Assembly (NCBI RefSeq): GCF_009914755.1
Contig: NC_060928.1
Strand: one strand, 5' to 3'
DNA: 64,000 bases
Source of the DNA: the human T2T-CHM13v2.0 reference genome, Homo sapiens
Below are positions 1 to 13,814 of the stretch, piece by piece (the stretch's first letter is position 1; each line of letters starts with the position of its first letter). Both the position numbers and the translations under genes were made by a program. The notes under the pieces are model-generated. The model searched no databases and was not told the DNA's origin. It saw only the letters and a program-made list of their open reading frames with translations.

Positions 1-115
1 CAGGAGAATTTCTTGAGCCCAATTGCTTGAGCCCAGGAGTTCAACACCAGCCTGGACAACATAGCAAGACCCATCGCCAATATATTTTAAAATAATAATA
101 ATAAATAAAAATAAA
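1..115 (+). mobile_element. Alu left-monomer/FLAM fragment (cut by window edge)
   Basis: TTGAGCCCAGGAGTTCAACACCAGCCTGGACAACATAGCAAGACCC followed by an A-rich tail. Confidence 0.8.
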
Positions 116-480
116 ACCCCAGAAGCATTCTGGGCTTAGATTGCTTTACAGTTATCGTTAAAGTTTTATTCCACTTTAAAGCAATTGAAACCACAGATCA
201 TAAGATGATGGAATCTGAGTGTGGTTAGATAAGGAGGCACCTTTGAACTCCACCAGAGGACTCATGCTCAAGACTGGGCCCTGGCTCCTAGCACATGTGG
301 CTGCCCATGTTTCACATCAAATATAAAATATTAGGGTGTTTACACAGCATTTCTATGATTCTCTATTTTAACTGATATGTTCTATTGATCTCTTGAGAAG
401 CCACGAAAGATTTTCAAGCAAGGAAGTGACATATTTAAGACAATTAAGGTATAATTTATTTCTAATTATTAAACATTTTA

Positions 481-605
481 GGCCATGTGCAGTGGTTTAT
501 ATCTGTAATCCCAGCACTTTGGGAGGTCGAGGCAAGATTGTTTGAGGCCAGGTGTTGGAGATCAGCCTGGACAACAGCATGAGACCTCGTCTCTTAAAAA
601 AAAAA
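481..605 (+). mobile_element. FLAM / free left Alu monomer
   Basis: GGCC...TGTAATCCCAGCACTTTGGGAGG...CAGCCTGGACAAC followed by poly(A). Confidence 0.85.
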
Positions 606-792
606 TTAATCTGCCTTTCAACATGAAAACTTCAATACAGGAGAACTGAAAATATGTTCACTTGAAGGATGACTTAAATAGAATTCCTTCCATAATTTGA
701 TTTGAAATCAAGGTATGAAGACAGCAAGACGTTGTGGGTAAGAATTCAGGTGCTGAAGGCTGACTAATAGCTTTAAATCCTGGCATTACCAC

Positions 793-3712
793 CGATATGG
801 TTTGGCTCTGTGTCTCCACACAAATCTCATGTTGAATTGTAATTCCCAGTGTTGGAGGAGGAGCCTGGTGGGAGGTGACTGAATCATGAGGAAGGACATC
901 CCCCTTGCTGTTCTTGTGATAGAGTTCTTACGAGATCTGGTTGTGTGAAGTGTATAGCACCTTCCCCTTCCCTCTCAATCTCTCTTCTGCTGGCCATGTG
1001 AAGATGTGCTTACTTCCCCTTCACCTTCCTCTATGATTGTAAGTTTCTTGAGGCCTTCCCAGAAGCAGAAGCCTGTACAGCCCACAGAACCATAGCCAAT
1101 TAAACCTTTTTTCTTTATACTCAGTGTCAGGTATGTCTTTATAGCAGTGTGAGAAAGGATTAATAAAGAAAACTTGTACCAGAGAAGTAGAGCATTGCTA
1201 TAAAGATACCTGAAAATGTGGAAGCAACATTGGAACTGGGTAATGGGCAGAGGTTGGAACAGTTTGGAGAGTTCAGAAGAGGACAGAAAGATGAAGGAAA
1301 GTTTGGAATTTCCTAGAGACTTGTTGAATGATTGTAACCAAAATGCTGATAGTGAAATGGACAACGAAGTCCAGGCTGAAGAAGTCTCAGATGGAGATGA
1401 GGAACTTATTGGGAACTGGAGTAAAGGTCACTCTTGCTATGCTTTAGCAAAGGGACTGGCTGCATTGTACCCCTGCTCTAGGGATCTGTGGAACTTTGAA
1501 CTTGAGAGAGATGATTTAGGGTAATCTGACAGAAGAAATTTCTAAGCAGCAAAGCATTCAAGATGTGACCTGGCTTCTGCTAACAGCATAGGCTCATATG
1601 CATGCACAAAGAGATTATCTGAGACTGGAACTTATATTTAAAAGGGAAGCAGAGCATAAAAGTTTGAAAAATTTGTAGCCTGACCATGTGGTAGAAAAGA
1701 AAAACATATTTTCCATGAAGGAATTCAAGCCAGCTGCAGAAATTTGCAAAAGTAAAGAGGAGCCGAATGTTAATACTCAAGACAATGGGGAAAAAGCCTC
1801 AAAGTCATTTCAGAAACCTTCTCGGCAGCCCCTCCCATCACAGGCCCAGAGGCCTAGGAGAGAAAAATGGTTTTGTGAGCCAGGTCCAGGGCCCCACTGC
1901 TCTGCACAGCCTCAGGACATGGCATCTTGTGTCCCAGACACTCCAGCTGTGGCTAAAAGGGGCCAACGTACAGTTCATGCTGCTGTTCCAGAGGGTGCAA
2001 GCCACCAAGCTGAAAGCCACCAAGGCTTCCACATGGTGGTAAGCTTGCAGGTGCACAGAGGGCAAGAGTTGATGTTTGGAAGTCTCTGCCTAGATTTCAG
2101 AGGACATGTGGAAACAACTGGATGTTCAGGCAGAAGTCTACTGCAAGAGCAGAACTCTTATGGAGAACCTCTACTAGGGCAGTGAGGAAGGGAAATGTGG
2201 GGTTGCAGCCCCCACACAGAGTCCTCACTGGGGCACTGCCTACTGGAGCTGTGAGAAGAGGGCCACCATTCTCCACACCCCAGAATGGAAAAGCCACAGG
2301 CACTGAACGCCAGTCTGTGAAAGTAGCCATGGGGGTTGTACCCCTGCAGAGCCACAGGGGTGGAGTTTCCCAACATCTTGGGAGCCCACCTCTTGCATCA
2401 GTGTTGCCTGGATATGAGACATGGAGTCAAAGGAGATAATTTTGGAGCTTTAATATTTAATGACTGCCCTGCTAGGTTTCAGACTTGCATGGGGCCTGTA
2501 GCCTCTTTGTTTTGGCCAATTTCTGCCCTTTGGAATGGGAACATTTACCCAATGCCTGTATGTCCATTGTATCTTGGAAGTAACTAACTTCTTTTTGATT
2601 TTACAGGCTCATAGACAGAAGGGACTCGGTTTGTCTCAGATGAGACTTTGGACTTGGATTTTTGGGTTAATACTGGAGTGACTTAAGACTTTGGGGGACT
2701 GTTGGTAAGGCATGATTTTGTTTTGAAATGTGAAAAGGAAATGAAATTTGGGAGGGGCCAGTGTTACCAAAAAGGGGTCCAGATCGAGACCCCACGAGAC
2801 AGTTCTTGAATCTTGCACAAGAAAGAATTCAGGGTGAATCCATAGAGTAAAGTGAAAGCAAGTTTATTAAGAAAGTGAAGGAATAAAAGAATGGCTACTC
2901 CATAGGCAGAGCAACCCCAAGGGCTACTGGTTGCCCATTTTTATATTTATTTCTTGATGATATGCTAAACGAGGGGTGGATCATTCATGTCTTCCCTTTT
3001 AGACCACATAGGGTAACTTCCTGACATTGCCATGGCATTTGTAAACTGTCATGGTGCTGGTGGGAGTATAGCACTGAGGATGATCAGAGGTCAGTCTTGT
3101 TGCCATCTTGGTTTTGGTGGGTTTTAGCTGGCTTCTTTACTGCAAACTGTTTTGTCAGCAAGGTCTCTATGACCTGTATCTTGGTCTGACCTCCTATTTC
3201 ATCCTGTGACTTAGAATGCCTTAACCACCTGGGAATGTTGCCCAGTATGTCTTAGCCTCATTTTGCCCAGCCTCTATTCAAGATGAAGTTGCTCTGGTAT
3301 GCACATCTCTGACACTGGGGCAGAATGTTATGGTTTGGCTCTATTTCCCTGCCTAAATCTCATGCTGAATTGTAATTCCAAATGTTGAGTGAGGGACCTG
3401 GTGAGAGGTGATTGGATCATGGGGGCAAATTTCCCCCTTGCTGTTCTCATGATAGTCAGTGAGTTCTTATGAGATCTGATGGTTTAAAAGTGTGTAACAC
3501 TTCCTCCTTAGCTCTCTTTCTCTCCTTCTCTGCCATCTGAAGCTTGTGCCTGCCTCCTCTTTACCTTCTACCATGATTGTAAGTTTCCTGAGGCCTCCTC
3601 AGCCATGCCTTCTATACAGCCTGTGGAACTGTGAGTGAATTGAACCTCTACTCTCCATAAGTTACCCAGTCTCAGATATGTCTTTATAGCAGTGTGAGAA
3701 TGGACTAATACA
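793..3712 (+). mobile_element. Full-structure MaLR element (THE1D/MSTA type): 5' LTR 793-1167, internal region 1168-3325, 3' LTR 3326-3712
   Basis: Both LTRs start xGxTATGGTTTGGCTCT and end in a CTAATACA-like terminus. The internal region has typical MST/THE1-int sequence; ORFs 1216-1524 and 1688-2185 are its decayed reading frame. Confidence 0.9.
2762..3314 (-). mobile_element. MER41A-like solo LTR (ERV1) nested in the MaLR internal region
   Basis: Reverse complement starts TGTCAGAGATGTGCATACCAGAGCAACTTCATCTTGAATAG and ends ...GGACCCCTTTTTGGTAACA. Length 553 bp. It splits the MaLR polypurine-tract region. Confidence 0.8.
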
Positions 3713-4025
3713 ATCAACAATAGGTTCTTGCTGTGACCACTTAGATCTCAGGAAGGGAATGGGGCCAAGAGTGTGTTCCCTCCCTGAAACAGTTCCTTCT
3801 CACAGTCTTCCAGGTGCTCTCCATATTCGATTAAGGGGTTGAGAGGGTCACTGTGCTCTCCCATGGCCTAAATTATACATTTCTCCAGTGGGAAAGTGAA
3901 CCAAAGAAACATACTCACTCTCTCTTGTACTGGGGACTCACCTTCCAGTTCCTAGCCAGTCCCAGCTACACAGGCTGATTGGTTTCATTCTCCTTTCTAG
4001 ATTTTGGAGTTATTTTTCACTTTTC

Positions 4026-4331
4026 GGGGAGGTGATTGAATCATGGGGGCAGACTTCCCCCTTGCTGTTCTTGTGAGAGAGTTCTCACGAGATCCGGTTG
4101 TTTGAAAGTGTGTAGCACCTCCCTATTCTCTATCTCTGTCTCTCCTGCCAGCCATGTGAAGATGTGCCTGCTTCCCTTTTGCCTTTTGCCATGATTGTAA
4201 GTTTCCTGAGGCCTCCCCAGAAGCAGAAGCTTGTACAACCCACGGAACCATGAGCTGATTAAACTTAATTTCTTTATAAATTACCCAATCTCAGGTATGC
4301 CTTTATAGGAGTGTGAGAATGGACTAATACA
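4026..4331 (+). mobile_element. 5'-truncated THE1D/MSTA LTR
   Basis: GGAGGTGATTGAATCATGGGGGC...GTGTGAGAATGGACTAATACA; clearly homologous to 793-1167. Confidence 0.85.
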
Positions 4332-4344
4332 CCCCCCTACCAGG

Positions 4345-4480
4345 GTTTGGCTTTGGGCAAGTTAGTTGGCCTCTCTTTGCCTCGGGTTTCTCATGCCTTA
4401 AAGGAGGATAAGAATAGAACCTACTTAAGAGGAATGAAGCAGACACTTTTACTATTACTGTTATTATTAAAGAAAAATCA
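4345..4480 (+). mobile_element. MIR fragment
   Basis: MIR core-like sequence GGCAAGTTAG...CTCTCTTTGCCTCGGGTTTCTCAT...GGATAAGAATAGAACCTAC. Confidence 0.55.
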
Positions 4481-5029
4481 GGATAGATGTGTCTGTTGAT
4501 CACAGAGTGGGGCAAAGATTAAAGATACTCATGCCAGACTCAAGAGTATATAATACTGTGCCTAACATAAGAGGGTAAGGATTTTGGTGAATTTGCATTG
4601 TACCTTTCTATAATAAAATATTACTAGAAAATAACCCCATACAGTGAACACACAAACCCCCAGAAAACACTACTTTATCACCCTGATGCTTTACTATTTA
4701 CCAGACTGGCCAATTTTCAGCTCCTCTGAGCATCTGTTCTTGTACAAGGATGATCTAGTCAAGTGGGAGTCTCCTTCATGGCCAATGAAGTTTTGATCTT
4801 CCCCCAGCTTCTTATATTGAGGCCATTTTTTTCTCTGGTATTATTTTAGACACAGATGTCCTACATAAACTTTAGCCCAGAAGAGAATTATTTAGTAAGT
4901 CAAAAGCAATTACTAAAATCTGTCATTGGCTGAAGGTCACATTGTAAGTAAAAAGCAAAGTTTTCTACTATGCTGCAGCTACTTAAAAAGCAGAAAAAAA
5001 TACCAGATTGTTTTCAGTAAATAAATTTT

Positions 5030-5574
5030 ATAGGACCACCAGTTTCCATTGCCCATTACACAATAACAAACCAATACACCAAAATAAGGAGAGCTGCAGC
5101 AGAGAGTTTAATGATCATATGACAGCCAAATGAGGAGGTGGGCGGTAACCTCAAATCTGCTTCCCTGAGAAGTTTTGGGCCAGGGGTTTTAAGGGAATTT
5201 TGATGAGTAAGGGGCTGAGGAGCTGGAAGTCACTGATTGGTTAGGGTGTGGGGAATGAAATCATAAGGATATAGAAGCTGCATTCTTGCACTGGGTCAGT
5301 TCCTCAGAGGGAGTCTTCAGATTGGCTTGTGTCAGTGAATCCATTGGAATGCCGGATCTGGAAAATATCTCAAAATGGAAATCTGAGGTTCCTTAATGTT
5401 AAAGATGTTATCTATAGAAGTTAGGACCTTGTAACAGGGGCTAGGTGATTTCTAAGCAGTAAACAGCTATAAGGAAGCAGTCTATAGGGCAAGCTGCTAT
5501 GCTTCTACTCAAATCTTATGCTTTTGTTAAAAACCTAGTAATTTAGTTTTATTAATTTTATGGGGATGATTTCA
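5030..5574 (-). mobile_element. ERV1 (MER4-group) solo LTR, subfamily not determined
   Basis: Reverse complement begins TGAAATCATCCCCATAAA and contains a CCAATCAG box and LTR-like composition. Confidence 0.5.
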
Positions 5575-5655
5575 GAAATAAAATGTAATATATGCAAATA
5601 CTGATTTTTCTCAAAACAATTGAACTCATGGAGATAGAGAATAGAAGGATGGTTA

Positions 5656-6207
<552 letters not shown>

Positions 6208-6256
6208 TTACATGCCTGTACCAAAATATCTCATGTACCCAATAAATATAAATAGC

Positions 6257-6658
<402 letters not shown>

Positions 6659-6660
6659 TC

Positions 6661-6663
<3 letters not shown>

Positions 6664-6707
<44 letters not shown>
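6664..6707. repeat. (TG)22 microsatellite
   Basis: Perfect dinucleotide run. Confidence 0.97.
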
Positions 6708-6708
<1 letters not shown>

Positions 6709-6844
6709 ATGGACTTACATATGCACATTAACATATACAGAATAAAAGACATGCAAAATTCAGAACTCCTCACATCCTTAAAAAGATATTCTGAGTCGCG
6801 TGTCCTTCATCTTTCATGGTTAAAATGGCTTTTATGAATGTTCC

Positions 6845-7780
6845 TGTAGCATAATAAGAAGTACGTATTTGGTCTCTGCCCCTGGTTCCTGGCACAGAGC
6901 TTCTAAATTCTCATAACTTACTAAGTGATGGAGTGATGGGAGTATCTTTTGTTATTTTTGGTCTTAGTCTCAGGTTTCTGAAACCAGAACTTCTAAAACC
7001 CTTAGAATCTCTAGAGTGGTAAGAGTGTCTTTTTGTTTATATTAATGATATGACTGGTGGCTGAAAGCCCCTAGATATCTTCAGGATGAGGGCTAACTGC
7101 CAGAGCAACCAACAATGTGATTAGAAGATTAGAAATTTCTGCCCCTATACCTGCTACCCCACCTCTGGGGGGAGGGAGAAGGAATGGAGATTGAATTCAA
7201 CCACCCATGGCCTATGGTTTAATCAATCATGCCTACTTATTGGAACCTCCACAAAACCCTAATCAATGGAGTTTGGAGGACTCCTGGCTTGGTGAATACA
7301 AGAGGTGCTGGGAGGGTGGCATGCCCAGAGAGAGCCTGGAAGCTTCCTGCCACTCTTCCATACTTTGCCCTATGCTTCTCTTTGTCTGGCTGTTTATTTG
7401 CATCGTTTAGAATATCCTTTGTAATAAATCGGTAATAGTAAATAAAGCACTCTATCTGAATTCTGTGAGGTGTTCTTACAAATTATCAGACCTAAGGAGG
7501 GGGTCATGAGACACCCTAATTTATAGCCGATTGGTCAGAAACATAGGTCACAACCTGGGACTTTCAACTCGTTTCTGAAAGAGGAGGCAGTCTTGTGGGA
7601 CTAAGCCCTTAACCTTTGGGGCCTGCCCTAGCTCTGGGTGGGTAGCATCATAATTGAATTGAAGGATACTCACTTGGTGTCTCAAGAGTTGGAAAATTGC
7701 TTAATGTAAGAGAAAGACGCACACATTTGATGTCAAATGTGAAGTGGTGAATAGCAGAGAAAAAGAGTTTTATTTTTAGT
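6845..7780 (+). mobile_element. MER21-family LTR
   Basis: Start TGTAGCATAATAAGAAGTACGTATTTGGTCTCTGCCCCTGGTTCCTGGCACAGAGC matches the MER21 5' end; internal AATCAATCATGCCTAC and TAATAAATCGGTAATAGTAA motifs. Confidence 0.75.
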
Positions 7781-7806
7781 CCCTGAGCTGTGTGGATATC
7801 TGTCAC

Positions 7807-8249
7807 ATTGTCAGTCAAATAAAATATGTAGAGATGAAGATCTAAATTTAACATTTCAAAATTCAAGCATTGCAATTCAGGGCATACACACAGACCCCAC
7901 AGACCAGATGGTCTTTGGTATGTTTGAAGAACAAAGAGGAGGTTGGAAGTTTTATGAAAAGGAGAAGTGGTGTGTATTGTTTTTCCAGAAAATTGATTGA
8001 CACTAGTAAGGTTCTGGGGAGCTGGCTTGCTCTGAGTGGTGAGTGATGAAAGTGGTGGGTAAAACTATTCTTAGAATCACAGCACGTTGTTTCAGATGAT
8101 TACAGAAGACAGTTTCAGCAGCCAGGGTTACAGAGAATGACATTCTTGGAGCAATTTTATGTGCCCTGAGTGCTTTTCCCCACTGGCTTCTGGACTCTGG
8201 GTTAGTTAGGTGTCAGAAGAATGACCCAGTTCATCTGGTCAGTTTTCAC
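7807..8249 (-). mobile_element. ERV1 solo LTR (LTR37-like)
   Basis: Reverse complement begins TGTGAAAACTGACCAGATGAACTGGGTCATTCTT...GAAAAGCACTCAGGGCACATAA. Confidence 0.55.
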
Positions 8250-8644
8250 AACGTTCAGTCATGGACATGGTTCTGTATCTTACCAAGTTTCACAGTGAAC
8301 AGTGAGGAGAAATCTAAAAAGAAAGAAAAAGAGAGGGAAGGAGGGAGGGTGGGAAGGAAAGGAGAAAGGGAGGGAGGGAGGAAGGGAGGGAGATTCATTG
8401 CCCATTATTACCATAAGTGAAAAGTAACAGAAACTGTAGGTGGGGATAGTCTTTCTGGGACATTCCAGCATATAAACAATCCCCAAATAGCAGAAGCTGT
8501 TTTGGGGCATCTCTCCTTCTCTCTAGCTCCATCCTGGTTGAGCTGGAGCTCGCTGCAGGGAGAACCCACAGAGAGAGGGCGAGAATGGTGTGCCAGTCTG
8601 GCTTTTCCATTTCCTCTCTTTGTTTCTGTGTTTCCACTTTGCAG

Positions 8645-9275
8645 TTTCCTTGATTCAGAGAAAGAAGATAAAAACACATACAAAGAGACGGCACCAGCTC
8701 CTTTCCCAGTTGTGACCAGATTGCACGATACCCAAGCCATGGCTCCAAAGAGTGCGTGTACTGAAGCCTGGCCATTCATGACAGACTCATTTCCACACCT
8801 GAGTCCGGTTTTGCTCTGTGAGTGTTGGGCTTTCTCCAAGGGAATGGTTGGAGCTGTTGCGAGCGAACTTCCTGGCTGCCACAGAGTTGATTGGATTCCT
8901 TGGAAATGCACACTCACAGGCTGCTGCTCTTTGAAGCTGTCTCCTTCACTGGCCATGATTCTCCTGTCTCATTAGCTGTTGCCTATGACCCTGGTGTCGT
9001 TTTCTCCTTTTACTCATCAACACCCAAATCCACAGGGTTGTGATGGATTAGCAGCCTTTCTTATTAGCAAGAAGCCCTGTGGCCTCAAGAGGCAAAATGA
9101 ATCGTGGTTAGAAATCTCCATCTCCTCCCTCCCTTGGTATAATGCCATCATTTAACTATCTGAAAATAGAGAAGACTCCGTTCCAATTGTAAAGCCCTAA
9201 GGAGAAAAACTGAGTTTGAAACTTTCCTTAATTATGCTGATATTTAACAATAAACTTTGTAGTATGAAAATCTCA
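8645..9275 (+). ncRNA. IL21-AS1: Candidate terminal exon of lncRNA IL21-AS1
   Basis: Seen: strong polypyrimidine tract plus CAG acceptor (AG 8643-8644), AATAAA at 9249-9254, and a downstream U-rich tract at ~9293-9310. Gene identity is inferred from the recalled 4q27 gene order; exon boundaries are not verified. Confidence 0.4.
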
Positions 9276-9795
9276 TCTCACTGTCCAGTATATTCTTTCA
9301 CTTTCTTTTTAAATCAAGAGAAAAATGTGTTTGAACTTTCTTGAGTTATGCCAGGGTTTAAAATAAGTATGTGTAAAATATGTATGTGTGTATATATATA
9401 TGCATGCACACACACATATATATGTTGCAAATATGTGTGAATATATATGTAGATTTTTGAATTCAAAAATCACTACTCAATATATTGATTATGTGTTTGA
9501 AGATATAAGAAGAGAGTACTGTTATTAATGTCACTTTCTGCCAATGTCTATAATTGCTACTTGCGGGTAAGGTTGCTTTGTTTTGTTTTGTTTTTCCTTC
9601 TGGTCTTGGAGTGTCATGGAAGGAGTGGGGTTTTATTTGTTTCATAAGAATCCTCTATCAGTATTATCAGTTTCTTGGGTGAGTGGGAAAAACAGACACC
9701 TCTCCCTTACTCCTGTATCCTTCCATGTGGAGAGAGTACCTTTCCCCTCGCACGCTACCCCTTTACTCATCTGTCCATTAGAGGAAGATGGGCTT

Positions 9796-10325
9796 TGTGG
9801 AAGATTGTTTGCAAAGGCGATCACAATAATTCCTCCCTCCCCAGGACCTTTACAATGTGGATTTGGCACTCCTCCCATCAAGAGGTGAAATTAATTTCTC
9901 CACCCTTTCCATCTGGCTGGTACTGTGACTTGCTTTCACCCACAGTATGTGTGCAAGTGATGGGCTGTCGCTTCAGAACCTCTCAGCCTCCAGCGGCCTT
10001 GCAGCTTCTGCTCTCAACCTTGTGTGCTGCTTCTACGTAAAGAAGCGCAGACTAGACTTCTTAATGATGAGAGGCTGCATGAGAAAGGGTCCAGCTAACA
10101 GCCAAAACCAATAGCCATATGTGGGCTTCTACCTACTTTCTACCCTCCAGCCCCAGGTGAGCTGCAGATGACTGCAGCTACATGTGTGCCCCAGACAAGA
10201 CCAGCAGAATGGCCTCCCAAATGGGCCCAGTGAAAACTGCTGACATTGTGAACAGAGAGAATGGTGGTTGTTTGAAACCACTAAGTTTTCAGGTGGTTTT
10301 TAAGCAGCAGTAGATAATGGATACA
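9796..10325 (+). mobile_element. MLT1 (F/G/H-type) MaLR LTR
   Basis: TGTGGAAGATTG...start; 3' end TTGTTTGAAACCACTAAGTTTT...AGCAGCAGTAGATAATGGATACA. Confidence 0.75.
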
Positions 10326-12169
10326 GACTTAATCTGATTGGTGATCAGAAAGAGAATGAGGGTGCACAGCCCAACCCCTTTCTCTCACTCTCTGTTTGAC
10401 AGGAGGCAGCCCACTGAAAATCCAAGTTCTCTCTTCCTCCCCCAGACCATAATCTTACAGTGCATCACTACTGATGCACTGATATATATATTTTGCCAAG
10501 TGCTAAAGGGCTGGAAATTAAAGTCAATATTTGACTGAAGCCAAGGCCAAAACCGAATATTGCCATTAAAAACTTCTAGGAATCAAGAATCAATATGAAA
10601 AAAATACAACCTGTAAAATTATTGTAATAATTTTAATTATGTAGTCATAGTTTTGAAATTCTATTAGTAAAATTAAGATATGTTTTAAATATTTAATTTG
10701 CTTCTAACAATGTATTCCATTTTGCATGACAGAATTGAAAGTAAGTTGTCAAGATTTTGAATTTTTCCCTCCTCATGAAATTTTAAGGTGTCAATAATGA
10801 GAATTTAATGCATCCTTATAAGATGCAAAAAATTCCCAAATAGGACTTTTTATTGAAAACACGTAGTATCCTTATATAGGATTTGGCCATGACACTTTCA
10901 GTTACTCATGTGAATTTCATCTTCCTGATTCTTAGGAGATTTTGTCCAAACAACTCCGATTATTTCTGTATAGAAAAATAACATAAAATAAAGTGATTTC
11001 TTTTTCTGAATTTTTCTTACTCTATTTGCCTGCCTCACTTTCATCTGGACCTTCTTTTTTCTTCATCTCTTGTTCCTTCCTGGTCCATTTTGATTCAGCT
11101 CCCACTGTTTTGCCTGAGTGTGGGGCCCGGTCAGGAAGGTGGGAAGCTGGTGCAGCCGGGCTTACCAAAGGTCCTTTGTCTCTCCTGCTAATTGAGGGCA
11201 AACCCAACCCTGTTCCTGCTGCTGCTCTCACATGGGCCCATACCTGCTGACCCCATACCTGCTGACCATGTTGGGGTCTTCCGTTGTGAGGCTGTCACTT
11301 GTTCCTGTGGCTTCCTCCTGCTTTCCCCTGCATAGATGCTGACAATGCACAGGTCTTATGGCTCTTAGTGGTTTATATTTTGGGGCTCAGTAAGTACCTT
11401 GTCACTTGGTTGTGTTGTAAATGTTGTCCATTGGTTTTTTAATTTTACCGTCTTTTTAAATGTGGGAATTCGAGAAGATCTAAAAGCTATGCCACTTCTA
11501 CCACCATCTTTTCTACCGTCATCTTTTCAGAATTTGTTAAGAAGTTTAAACATAAGTTCAATGTAGACTATTTGCCCATAATTTGAAACTGAATATTCAG
11601 ATATTTATTCAAATCAGGGTAAATCCAAATGGCACCTCCTGTTCACATCTCTTATTTGTGTTACTGTTACTGTTACACTGATTAGCTCCGATGGTTACCT
11701 CATGATGATATCACATGATCTCTGATTACCCGTAAGTTCCAGGATGTAAGAAATAACCTGAAAGCTGGATCTGTCAGTGAGCCCCTTGATAAAATGCAAA
11801 AGCCATGATAGAACTTCGGAGCATCCTTATTAATCAGTGATGTGTGTGTGGTGTGGTTGCCTGCCACTGGGTGGGTAAATTGAATTCGGGCTTCAGTATT
11901 AGGAAGCCCCCCCACCGCACATAGGTAGAAACCATGTCTTCCAGCCAAGATTTTATCAGTTTAAAAAGAAAGCTTCGTTTTACCTTCAGATGCCAACAAA
12001 CTCCTTTATATCTGTTTTTTATTACTTCAGAACTTGTATAGGGAGAATTTTTTTTATTATTTGAAAAACAAACTACGATAGAATATTGGAGTTCATCTTA
12101 ACACCTGGAGATAAAAGCATTTGGCAGGGCCAGGGAGAGTAACTTTAAGTTTCTGTAGGTCGTGCTAGG

Positions 12170-12630
12170 TGTTAGGGGTTGTGAATTGTGCCTCCCACAC
12201 TCTGGCAAAGAAACACTGTGTTGATATCCTAATCCCCAGTACCTCAGAATGTGACCTTATTTGAAGACGGGGTTGTTGCAGATAAAATTCGTTAAGATGA
12301 AGTCATGCGTAGGGTGGAGCCCTAATCCAATGTGACTGATGTCCTTATGAGAAAATGGCCATGAAGACAGAGACAGAGGGAGCAATGAAAGCAGAAATCA
12401 AAGTTGTGTCATTGCAAGTTAAGGAATTCCAAAGATTGCCAGCAAACAAACCATCAGAAGTTAGGAAGAAGCAAGGAGGGATTTTTTTTACAGGTTTTGG
12501 AAGGAGCACGGTCCTGCTGACACCTTGATTTTAGCCTTCTACCTCCACAGCTGTGAGACAATAGGTTTTTATTGTTTTAAGCCACACAGTTTATGATACT
12601 TTGCTAAGGTCACCCTAAGAAATTAATACA
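12170..12630 (+). mobile_element. MLT1B/C LTR
   Basis: CCTAATCCCCAGTACCTCAGAATGTGACCTTATTTG...CCTGCTGACACCTTGATTTTAG...AATTAATACA. Confidence 0.85.
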
Positions 12631-12650
12631 TTAAGTCAAGTCTATGGGGG

Positions 12651-13043
12651 TGTCATAGTCAGCTTTGGCTGCTATAACAAAATATCATAGACTAGGTGAC
12701 TTAAATAACAGATATTTATTTCTTACAGTTCTGGAGGCTGAGAAGTCCAACATCAAGGAGCTGGTAGATTTTGTTGCTGGTAAGGGCCCTCTTTCTGGCT
12801 TGCACATGGCTACCTTCTCATTGTGTCCTCACATGGCAAAGAGGGAGAGAGAGAGAGGTGTTAGGAGCTCTCGGGTGTCTCTTCTTCTTTGTACAAGGAC
12901 ACTCATCCCACCATGGGGGTCCCACCCTCATGACCTCATCTCAACCTAATTACTTCCCAAAGGTTCCACCTCCAGACCACATCACACTGGGAGTTAGGGC
13001 TTCAATATACGAATTTTGGGGGGACACAAACATTCAGGGGAAC
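12651..13043 (-). mobile_element. MLT1A LTR
   Basis: GGCTGCTATAACAAAATATCATAGACTAGG...TTCTGGAGGCTGAGAAGTCCAA...GGGGGACACAAACATTCAG (antisense MLT1A). Confidence 0.85.
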
Positions 13044-13814
13044 AGCAGACTTCTTAACTTTGTGGTCTTCAGCCTGTATTGGGCAATACAGCTAGGTTTT
13101 GCAGTCACAGAGATGGCTTTTAACTCCTGCAGCCTAGACAAGAGACTCTAAACTTTGGGCCACATGGAGGTTTTCACCTTGGCTGGTCACTGCAACTTCT
13201 GGCATCTTTATCCACAAGTAAGTAATTGTTTTCCCACAAAAGAGTTGTTCTTTTTAAAATAGGCTGCTAGAGTGTTAGCAAAGGTTTGGGTCTCAGATTT
13301 CCACAAAAGATATGATACAAAGAATCTCACTTGCTTTTATGTTGAATTCAAAACTCATCACCCAAGAATTTGAAAGCAGCTAATACCTACTAATGTCTCT
13401 CTGCAGAAAAATCTCACTTTTTCCTTTCATTGACTGTTTGCTTTAGTCACATGAGCTAAGATAAAGCTTTACTCAGTTCTGTGTCAAATTGCAGCGGTTT
13501 GAGCCTAGAGAAATCCTTAAAGCACATATCTTTTTGTAATAATCCTATTAAGTAACTCTGAATTATTACCCAAGAATTCACACTCACTCTCCATGGAGAA
13601 GAAATACCTTTGCAAATTATGCCAAATATCTACCTAAAAGCTGTCACCTGGGCTTTGCTCAAGTATCATCTCTTCAATTTCAGAATCAATCTCATAGCTT
13701 ACAGACAACATTTTCGTGGAGATAATTCCCTGAAAATTTGGATGGAATATGACTAAGCTAACACTATAATTACCTAAAACATGAAAGCAAGCTAATTTTT
13801 TCTTTTATTTAGAA

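Noticed and set aside
1216-2587. Cluster of 80-165 aa ORFs
   Set aside because: Fragments of the decayed MaLR internal reading frame, broken by stops and frameshifts; not host genes.
8395-8975. Overlapping 126-182 aa ORFs on both strands
   Set aside because: No recognisable domain or coding-like composition; compatible with chance ORFs in a lncRNA/enhancer region.
11238-11267. 15-bp tandem duplication CCATACCTGCTGACC
   Set aside because: Ordinary slippage duplication; similar ones occur at 31327-31363, 46704-46763 and ~58250-58311.
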